The notes beneath the pieces were generated by a model. It searched no databases. It was not told the origin of the DNA and worked only from the letters and a program-made list of their open reading frames with translations. Positions 9,023-15,582 of a DNA stretch of 16,930 nucleotides are shown here, piece after piece. The DNA lies in contig CAVQGX010000044.1 of assembly GCA_963712115.1 (NCBI GenBank), positions 1 through 16,930 on the forward strand, read 5' to 3'. Positions within the stretch are counted from its first letter, which is position 1, and each line of letters starts with the position of its first letter. This DNA is from an uncultured delta proteobacterium. Lineage in GTDB: Bacteria; Desulfobacterota; Syntrophobacteria; BM002. Both the position numbers and the translations under genes were made by a program.

Positions 9023-9214
9023 ACCCTAACGTTGCTAGACCTACTCCGAGGGAAAACGCGTTAGAGTGCGCCAGATGTGGCTGCGCACAGGCTCGGTCAG
9101 GACGAAGCGTACTTCACCGTACGTGAGATCCTGGCCGAGGCGAGCACAGCCGAAGATAGGGTACTATAGCGCGAGCCTAGCGATTTTAGCCGGTGTGGGT
9201 TTGCAACGTAGGGT
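9023..9214. mobile_element. ~190-bp palindromic MITE/REP-like element
   Basis: Ends ACCCTAACGTTGCTAGACCTACTCCG and reverse complement ACCCTACGTTGCAAACCCACACCG. Nested stems GGCTG/CAGCC, CTCGGTCAGGA/TCCTGGCCGAG and CGTAC/GTACG. Confidence 0.75.
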
Positions 9215-9280
9215 AAGCTTGCTTCATTCGGCTAAATCAAGGTGAGGACCGGTAAGATAGGGAAGAAAGGATTTTGAGAA

Positions 9281-9955
9281 ATGAATATACATGATGATAT
9301 CCAGAGTTTCGATCAAGTCTTTAGGGTGTGGGTCCAGCGAACCTGCAGAGAATGGAACTTCGAGTTGCCGCCCGAATCTTACTACTCTCAGGTTTATGCT
9401 CGCCTCCCTGTTGGAATTCATGCAACTATCGAGTTCGGCCATAAACAAGGTCTCTTACTGGATGCTGGGAAATCCAATACTGGTAGTGCTGGATTTCGAC
9501 TTGAACGAGTACCGGGATCAAAAGGCCCATATAGTTGGTTCGAGAAGGATAGCCAAAAGAAGCAACCTCGACCTGCATGGGAGTGCTTCATTCAGGCTGC
9601 CGAATATGTACGTCTTTACGAAACCTTAAGGGATAAGGACTATGTATTAACATTCGAAGATGATCTCATGGACATCGGTTTATATCGCGATAACAAACTC
9701 ATAGTTTGTTGTGCAATAAAGGAGCAATTACATCAAGCCAAGAAACTAGTAGAAGGTATTAAGGAGTATGGGCACTCTATTGACTTTACATTAGATGATC
9801 GTGGCCATGATGCTCTCCGAAAAGCTAAGTACATAATCAAATTCAAACCTGAATATTTTTACGTTGTATCCATTGGCGGAAGATTTGAATACAAGATTAC
9901 TCACCCAAGAGAAAAAACCTTTCGGCTTAGTAAAGATATTATACCTTTTATCTAA
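9281..9955 (+). CDS. Hypothetical protein, possible PD-(D/E)XK nuclease-fold
   Basis: 224-aa AT-rich ORF. WECFIQAAEY...FEDDLMDIGLY...IVCCAIKE resembles the E...D...(E)xK spacing. The fold assignment is inference. Confidence 0.65.
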   Translation: MNIHDDIQSFDQVFRVWVQRTCREWNFELPPESYYSQVYARLPVGIHATIEFGHKQGLLLDAGKSNTGSAGFRLERVPGSKGPYSWFEKDSQKKQPRPAWECFIQAAEYVRLYETLRDKDYVLTFEDDLMDIGLYRDNKLIVCCAIKEQLHQAKKLVEGIKEYGHSIDFTLDDRGHDALRKAKYIIKFKPEYFYVVSIGGRFEYKITHPREKTFRLSKDIIPFI

Positions 9956-10013
9956 TGTGCTCTCGAGGCTAGAGATCGATTTCCAATCCAGAGCCTGGAT
10001 CGCAATCATATAA

Positions 10014-10398
10014 GGGGGGACGGTCTTGTTTTTTTGCGTTTTCCATAACCCAGGCACAAGGATTAGGGCGCAAGGCTCAAGGCCAATTAGGTCATTTGGC
10101 TTCGCCGCCATTAGGTCACTATGCTGCGCTGTCATTTGTCGTAAGAGGTAGAGACCAGATTGCAGATTTTAGATTGTAGATTGTAAATTTGGGATGTGGG
10201 ATGCAAAATTTCGGATTGAGAATTTGGGAATTAGAAAATTAGAGGACTAGAAAAGTCTTTCAAATCGTAAACGGTAAACGGTAAGCGGTGAAGGGCAAAA
10301 GATCAGTTACTTGACTATTTGACTAATTCCCTAATTCTCTAATTAACTACCTGCAAGCTGCCTGCTTGTCCTGAGCGGAGTCAAAGGGCTGTCTGCTG
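10014..10398 (+). repeat. Mosaic intergenic repeat, copy E
   Basis: Left motif GGGGGGACGGTCTTGTTTTTTTGCGTTT is shared with copy G. 10052-10148 resembles 6750-6846 and 10210-10387 resembles 5718-5880. AGATTGT/GGGATGT heptamers lie between these blocks. Confidence 0.92.
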
Positions 10399-10566
10399 TA
10401 GTAAAATGGGCCTACCATAACTTTGCCATTGTGCCCCGGCCGGTTGTGGCTTCTCTTGTTAGTCAAAATTACCCCTGTTCTTATAATTCATTAACAGTCT
10501 GCAATTCTGAAACCCCCTCTAAGGCGCTCGCTTGCAAGTATCGGATTGTCAACCTCCGGTGCGCAA

Positions 10567-10956
10567 TCAAATCTTGCTTCTTGGCTCCTGCACCACCTCA
10601 ACGAGGAGCCCCTCAAGGGGTTCGAGAAAGTTGACCAGAAGCCCCTGGACGGGGACAGCCGCTGGCTCATCGAATATGAGGTCACCCGGCGAAAAAGGCA
10701 CAGGATTCCGGACGTCCTTGACGGCAAACGCGATGTGGTGGAGGACGGACTTGCCCCCGAGGAACTTGACGAGCCTCGACTCCGGCTCGGGCACGACGAA
10801 TTCGATCATCGGAAACCTGGTCGAGAAAGCAACAGCACACTGAAAGGCCGGAACCGGCCCCCAGACCAGGGGCTCATCGTCCTTAAGTCTCTGTCGGCAC
10901 AGCTTCTCGGCGACGCTGACCAACCGCAGCACCATCCCGACGTGATGGAATTTCAT
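10567..10956 (-). CDS. VOC (glyoxalase / methylmalonyl-CoA epimerase-like) family protein (~129 aa)
   Basis: MKFHHVG, IEFVVP, LHHIAFAVKD and LVEVVQ metal-ligand pattern. ATG at 10956 follows GAGAGGGGGAG. Confidence 0.85.
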   Translation of the reverse strand: MKFHHVGMVLRLVSVAEKLCRQRLKDDEPLVWGPVPAFQCAVAFSTRFPMIEFVVPEPESRLVKFLGGKSVLHHIAFAVKDVRNPVPFSPGDLIFDEPAAVPVQGLLVNFLEPLEGLLVEVVQEPRSKI

Positions 10957-10970
10957 GACGCTCCCCCTCT

Positions 10971-11000
10971 CAGCTTGCAGCTGACAGCGGACAGCCGGCA
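10971..11000 (+). repeat. Short heptamer array of the same family (CAGCTTG CAGCTGA CAGCGGA CAGCCGG)
   Basis: Same units as 100-141 and 5930-5966; lies directly next to the VOC gene RBS. Confidence 0.7.
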
Positions 11001-11076
11001 TTTAGGGGCGTGATTAGGTGACGTTCTTAAGTTTTTTAGTTTTGTATGAACGTCGCGGTAATCGGACCGAGGTGAA

Positions 11077-11322
11077 TTAAGAGTTAGGCTCAGCTGATGT
11101 TGACTGTATCCGATCCCAGCAACGCTTGGTTGCAATTAGAGCACAGTTCAAGCAAAAAGTTACGACTTCGCCTTGATCGTTTAAGAAGGCCATGGCCGCA
11201 TCTGTGTCTTTCCATCGTTCTGGATCATTTTCTCCAGATGTCGCCCAAAGTGGAATCCTGGTAATACTTATCTGATCCTGTCTAATCCAGGCCCCGCAAA
11301 GATAGCAAGTTTTTTCCAGCAC
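11077..11322 (-). CDS. Small CxxC...CxxC protein (81 aa), unknown function
   Basis: CYLC and CLNC pairs; strong GGAGGAGG RBS about 9 nt before the GTG. Confidence 0.7.
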   Translation of the reverse strand: MLEKTCYLCGAWIRQDQISITRIPLWATSGENDPERWKDTDAAMAFLNDQGEVVTFCLNCALIATKRCWDRIQSTSAEPNS

Positions 11323-11385
11323 GGTTGCGAACCTCCTCCAAGCGGGCCAAGGGAGACGTCCCAGAGCACAATGGGCTGCCGCTGG

Positions 11386-11649
11386 CTAATCACTCACAGA
11401 GTAATAGCATTGGTCAAGTTCCCAATCTTCCCGATCGGGATTCTCAGTGCACACTACTTCACCGAGACTATTTCTCAGAAGGTCGATTTTTTCGATGATG
11501 TTTTCAACCAATTGCACGGGTCTTGCTGATTCTCCGTAGGATTCTGCAAGATCATGGTGGAGTTTTCCGAAAAACTCTCTTGCGTTGTAAATTTGCTGAC
11601 CAGTGATTTGGTGCTGATCAAAACTAAAACCCAGAAATACTTTCAGCAT
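11386..11649 (-). CDS. Hypothetical protein (~87 aa)
   Basis: ATG at 11649 follows AGAAAGGA. The longer ORF start (11808) lies within repeat copy F. Confidence 0.6.
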   Translation of the reverse strand: MLKVFLGFSFDQHQITGQQIYNAREFFGKLHHDLAESYGESARPVQLVENIIEKIDLLRNSLGEVVCTENPDREDWELDQCYYSVSD

Positions 11650-11704
11650 GATTGATCCTTTCTCTAAAAAAAGAAAGAGCAGCCCGTTGCAGCTTGAAAG
11701 TATA

Positions 11705-11733
11705 ATACTACCAGAGGGCAGCAGGTCATACAA
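11705..11733 (-). promoter_or_regulatory. sigma70-type promoter candidate for the minus-strand three-gene cluster
   Basis: Minus strand reads TTGTAT-17 bp-TAGTAT with an extended -10 TG. Confidence 0.45.
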
Positions 11734-11750
11734 GATCTCCGTTGAATCAT

Positions 11751-12076
11751 AGCATGGCGCATGGCGATAAGGCATGGAGCATAGGGCATAGAGCATGGAG
11801 CAAGTCATTTATCATCTCGCATTTCTTGATTTCTCATTTGTCATTTGGCTGCGCCGTCAGTGAGCATGGGGCATAGGGCATGGGGTAGATGATTTCGGAT
11901 TGCGTATTGCGAATTGGAGACAGGCTAAACCGGCTCAACTGGCTAACCGGCTAAACAACCAGCAGGCACCCCTTCGATCCATTCGACTGCGCCCAGGGCA
12001 GGCACGCTCAGGGCAAGGAGGGACTAAGCACTAGGCACCGAGTTCGCAGAGCGCATCCTTCGAAACATTCGACAAG
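11751..12076 (+). repeat. Mosaic intergenic repeat, copy F
   Basis: (A/G)GCAT(A/G)G heptamer arrays, GTCATTTG units with GCTGCGCC, GATTTCG/GATTGCG, AACCGGCT nonamer-like units and nested CCTTCGA..CTCAGGGCAAG units. Confidence 0.88.
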
Positions 12077-12255
12077 AGTAAAGGGAGTTTTTAACTACAG
12101 ACAAATCCCTTGGCAACCACCTAGAATGTTCTAAAAAATAAACATTATTTATCAACATCGATAAGATACTTTTATAAAAATTAACATTAGTTATAAATAT
12201 AATGGTGAAATTTAGTATTATGTCACTCTAGCTATTTAATTATAATATTAAAGGC

Positions 12256-12285
12256 TTGACATTGTAAGTGGCTTGACGATAGTGT
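12256..12285 (+). promoter_or_regulatory. sigma70-type promoter candidate
   Basis: TTGACA-18 bp-TAGTGT after an AT-rich tract; GGCTTGAC is repeated at 12253 and 12270. Confidence 0.4.
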
Positions 12286-12558
12286 AGTTCAATGATTTTC
12301 TATTTTGACCTATAGTATATGTGTGCAGATTTAAGCGGCATCATTGAATCTACTATAATTTCCAATCGCAGCTTGGTTACAGAGTTTCTCAGGTGCTTAA
12401 ATTACTGCGGTTAAACCTTGTTTGCCGCCGCAATATATAGCAAATGTCCAGTCAAATCATACAAAACACATCCTGCCCAACAGAGATCAATTATCATACA
12501 CTTTCAATAGCTTGTAACTGGACAGCAGTGACAAAAATTCAAAAAAAGGAGGGGCACC

Positions 12559-13677
12559 ATGAGATTTCTTATCGTTTTTTCCATGGTTTTTTGCCTGTTG
12601 TTAAGCGTGGCTGGCTTGGCATCGGCTGCGGACTTTCCTGGACCAGACGACTTCGGTTACACTGCTGAAAGCATTCCATTTAACCTCCGTGACGTGGGTA
12701 CATCTGGGACACAGGTTTCGCTTAAAGACGATGAGGTTAGCGATGCCATACCGCTGGGTTTTACCTTTAATTTCTATGGCAAAGACTACACCGAGGTGTT
12801 TATCTCATCCAACGGATTTCTCACGTTTACTGAAGATACAGACCCAGGATGTTGTCAGCGACTTCCTCTACCCACGGAAGACGATATCAACAACCTCATA
12901 GCCGGATTCTGGCATGACCTCAATCCCCGCGGGGGGGGTGAGATCCGATATGAAACAGTGGGCACCGAAGGAAACAAAGAGTTTGTTGTAGGCTTCTTTG
13001 ATGTGCCGCATTATCGTGGACCCCCGGTCACCTTCGAGATGATTCTCCATGAGGGAAGTAATAGCATCGAATTTCAGTATGCCTCAGCGCCAACCGACCA
13101 CACCGTGGGTATCGAGAATGCTGAGGGCACGATTGGCTTGCAAATCCCCGTAGGTTTTCTCAACCAGGGCTTTCTCTTCTCTCTGCAACAGAAGAACAAC
13201 AACATCGAAGTACCGATCAACATCGACCCCCTGTCCTGCCCTAACAACTATTTGCTGGTCAGCCGATGCTATGGCTTTTCGCACAAGTGGCTCTGGGTTG
13301 CTGTGTCTGGGGAAGGGATTGATGTATCTACCATAGATCCCTCGACCATCAAGTTGGAGGGTGTGCCGCCGTTCTATTCTCGTGTCAAAAATATTTACAT
13401 GGTTGAGCATAAAACCCAAACCAGCAGCAAAAGTGGCAAGGAGTTCAAATACTGTAGTTTCAAGCAGCACGACGAAAAGGTGGATCTCCTAATGGTATTT
13501 AAGACCTCGGAAATCGTGGAGGCTCTCGAGAGCAATCTTGGGCGCAAGCTGATTCCCGGTGAACCTTTAGTTTTGACTCTCACCGGGAACTTGGATAGCT
13601 TGAATGGTGGAAACCAAATAGTAGGTGAGGACTTGGTGATAATCAAAGAGCAGCAGAGGCGAGGGCATAAGCATTAG
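12559..13677 (+). CDS. Secreted protein with a NIDO-like N-terminal domain and an uncharacterised C-terminal beta domain
   Basis: Sec signal peptide (MRFLIVF...ASA); DDEVSDAIPLGFTFNFYG..Y..VFISSNGFLTF and IAGFWHDL; C-terminal IDPLSCPN...IDPSTIKLEG...LTLTG...GED. AAGGAGG RBS. Confidence 0.85.
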   Translation: MRFLIVFSMVFCLLLSVAGLASAADFPGPDDFGYTAESIPFNLRDVGTSGTQVSLKDDEVSDAIPLGFTFNFYGKDYTEVFISSNGFLTFTEDTDPGCCQRLPLPTEDDINNLIAGFWHDLNPRGGGEIRYETVGTEGNKEFVVGFFDVPHYRGPPVTFEMILHEGSNSIEFQYASAPTDHTVGIENAEGTIGLQIPVGFLNQGFLFSLQQKNNNIEVPINIDPLSCPNNYLLVSRCYGFSHKWLWVAVSGEGIDVSTIDPSTIKLEGVPPFYSRVKNIYMVEHKTQTSSKSGKEFKYCSFKQHDEKVDLLMVFKTSEIVEALESNLGRKLIPGEPLVLTLTGNLDSLNGGNQIVGEDLVIIKEQQRRGHKH

Positions 13678-13692
13678 ACCCAAGAGAGAACA

Positions 13693-13811
13693 GGGGGAGG
13701 TTCTTGGTTTTTTTGCGTTTCTGTCTGAGGCACAGGACAAAAGGCACAAGGCTCAAGGCAATCAGGCAATTCGTCGATTTGTTGAAATCGCAAGCGAAGC
13801 TTGCTCCTACA
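13693..13811 (+). repeat. Mosaic intergenic repeat, copy G, ending in a GTAG-type REP
   Basis: GGGGGAGGTTCTTGGTTTTTTTGCGTTT plus AGGCACA/AGGCTCA heptamers as in copy E. The reverse complement of 13788-13811 is TGTAGGAGCAAGCTTCGCTTGCGA. Confidence 0.8.
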
Positions 13812-13966
13812 GAACATTGCGACGCTGACATTGCTTGCTGCCGGCTGCGAGCCAGTTAATCTCAAAATGGTGGTTCTTCGTATTGACTAAATCCGAATCG
13901 CTACTGTACTCTGATATTATATAAGGGTATAGTTTGGAGCAGGGTAAGGTACTCTATTATGATTCA

Positions 13967-14143
13967 GTTCCCCTGCGGTTGATGATTGGTAGTTCCTTTC
14001 TGAATCAACACTTACAAACGGGGACCCTTCCTTGGAACGGTGTGCCGCATCGGTTAACCCGAAGCGCCTAAAGGACCAACAGGGACCTCATCTAGTTACG
14101 AAGGGTTCAAGACAGTCTGCCAACACCACCTCCGCAGGGGATT
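13967..14143 (+). ncRNA. ssrS: 6S RNA-like gene
   Basis: ~175 nt. Closing stem TCCCCTGCGG/CCGCAGGGGA, inner stems TTGGTAG/CTGCCAA and TCTGAATC/GGTTCAAGA, and unpaired central bubble strands (AACACTTACAAAC; CTCATCTAGTTACGAA). AAGGGTTCAAG matches the E. coli 6S 3' strand. A -10-like TATTAT/TATGAT lies at 13955-13963. Confidence 0.8.
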
Positions 14144-14149
14144 TTTTGT

Positions 14150-14172
14150 CGGAGCTGCGGCTCCGCCTTTTT
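14150..14172 (+). terminator. Intrinsic terminator candidate after 6S RNA
   Basis: CGGAGC-TGCG-GCTCCG hairpin followed by CCTTTTT. Confidence 0.55.
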
Positions 14173-14174
14173 GT

Positions 14175-14190
14175 TGGCACTGGGTTTGCA
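14175..14190 (+). promoter_or_regulatory. sigma54 (RpoN) -24/-12 promoter
   Basis: TGGCAC-TGGGT-TTGCA with exact GG-N10-GC spacing; predicted +1 near 14201. Confidence 0.8.
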
Positions 14191-14200
14191 TCACTCAAGC

Positions 14201-14298
14201 TGTGAAGTGAGAACGTCGCTCACTTCAAGATAGCTCTTTTTCTCCTTTTTCTTGCCCCCATTGGCCTTTCGCTGGACTGGTTGATGGGGGCTTTTCTT
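14201..14298 (+). ncRNA. Candidate sigma54-dependent sRNA (~98 nt)
   Basis: 9-bp hairpin TGAAGTGAG/CTCACTTCA just after the predicted +1, a CU-rich linker TCTTTTTCTCCTTTTTCTT, and terminator stem GCCCCCAT/ATGGGGGC followed by TTTTCTT. No ORF in the supplied track. Confidence 0.65.
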
Positions 14299-14392
14299 GT
14301 TGCATCCTCACCCCTCATTCCTGTAATTTGAAAGCAGTTCAAAACCTTCTAAAGAAGTACGAGAAAGAATCCTCTGAGAAATAGTTAGGGCA

Positions 14393-14656
14393 GTGACAAA
14401 GAAAAAGAAAAAGACACTCCCATTTAAAGACCCTAAGCAATGCCCCTGCGGGCACAAGCACCTCTCTTGGGGGCCGGGCGAAAAGCAAGTTTACTGCTGG
14501 GACTGCAACAGAAACTATCCCCTCTCTGAGTGTTTCGGTTCTCGCACCGTCAGTCCTCCAAGCAAGACTTTTGAGAAACAACGCAATCTTTTCGAGCCTG
14601 ATGATGAACCGAGAAACGACTTAGATCAGGCTCTCGAAGAAGAAAAACCGGATTAA
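14393..14656 (+). CDS. Small zinc-ribbon-like protein (87 aa)
   Basis: CPCGH...CWDC motifs, basic N-terminus and acidic C-terminus. GTG start with a weak RBS. Confidence 0.55.
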   Translation: MTKKKKKTLPFKDPKQCPCGHKHLSWGPGEKQVYCWDCNRNYPLSECFGSRTVSPPSKTFEKQRNLFEPDDEPRNDLDQALEEEKPD

Positions 14657-14802
14657 TAGCACATTGGAACCTGACGAAATCAAAAGGGTCAAACTCCACA
14701 AGGTCAAATGGGCTAAGTGCAAGTCAGACCTATTGGTTAGGCCGACTGAAAAGGTGTGTCTGGTCTGTGGAGGTTCCTTGCCAAAGATCGGGAGAAGCTA
14801 GA

Positions 14803-15096
14803 ATGTCTTGGTACGAGGTGATATTGAGCAGTGAGCAGATGGCCGAAGGAATATCTGAAAAGATCCAGAGTGACTTTGAAGCACTTTTTATCAAAGCTGG
14901 AACACCTCCAGAGATGGCGTTATTTTGTGATACGTTCTCCGTACCTCAATTCTCGATGTACTTCTCACCAGTCTCTGCACAATATGCCTACGATCTTATT
15001 TCCGCCTACTCTGGCGATACATGTGAAAAACCGGATGCCAGCCAGGTAATTTTACTTGTCGGAGATAGAAACTCAGCCTGGGATTTACTAGAATAA
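14803..15096 (+). CDS. Hypothetical protein (~97 aa)
   Basis: ATG at 14803 follows GGGAGA; globular, protein-like composition (GTPPEMALF...YFSP...CEKP...LLVG). Confidence 0.65.
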   Translation: MSWYEVILSSEQMAEGISEKIQSDFEALFIKAGTPPEMALFCDTFSVPQFSMYFSPVSAQYAYDLISAYSGDTCEKPDASQVILLVGDRNSAWDLLE

Positions 15097-15582
15097 AAAA
15101 CCTCCGCCATCTTCACTGGGATACAGTACCCCATATATTGTGCCAATCTGGAACCCAGCCGACTGTGAATTAAGGGATGTTATGCACAGTTTGTTCCTTC
15201 CACTTTGAGCCAGCCGTTTAATCTCTAGATGGTGGTTTTGCGTATAGACAACTAGGCACACTTCATGCTTATAATACCCTCAGAACCCATCAGACCTGGC
15301 AAAATGAGCAATGTGTTTCCAATAAGGTATACGTTTACCCAAAATAGGAGTTTTTTTGTCTAAGCCTACTTCCCGACTAGGTTTCGTTCTCTTATTGTTT
15401 CGTTTCCCACCTCTCACTTTAGTTCGTCCGCGAGTGACCTTCCCTTTCGTCTTGGACTCCTTTTGTTAGGCTTATAGTCATTATTCCTCGGTTGTTGAGG
15501 TTTCTCTGCGGTTGAGTTGTCTCGGGCTGAGAGCGATTCCTTGCTAGGACTAATCCGTTCATCACCCTGAGGTAGATTAATA

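Noticed and set aside
9023-9214. Integron attC site
   Set aside because: It is longer than typical attC sites, lacks convincing paired RYYYAAC/GTTRRRY ends, and there is no integrase or cassette array.
10546-11013. 155-aa plus-strand ORF
   Set aside because: It is the antisense shadow of the VOC gene, which has the recognisable motifs and RBS.
15100-15580. c-di-GMP riboswitch upstream of the PilZ-domain gene
   Set aside because: No GEMM-type motif or convincing two-stem structure was seen.
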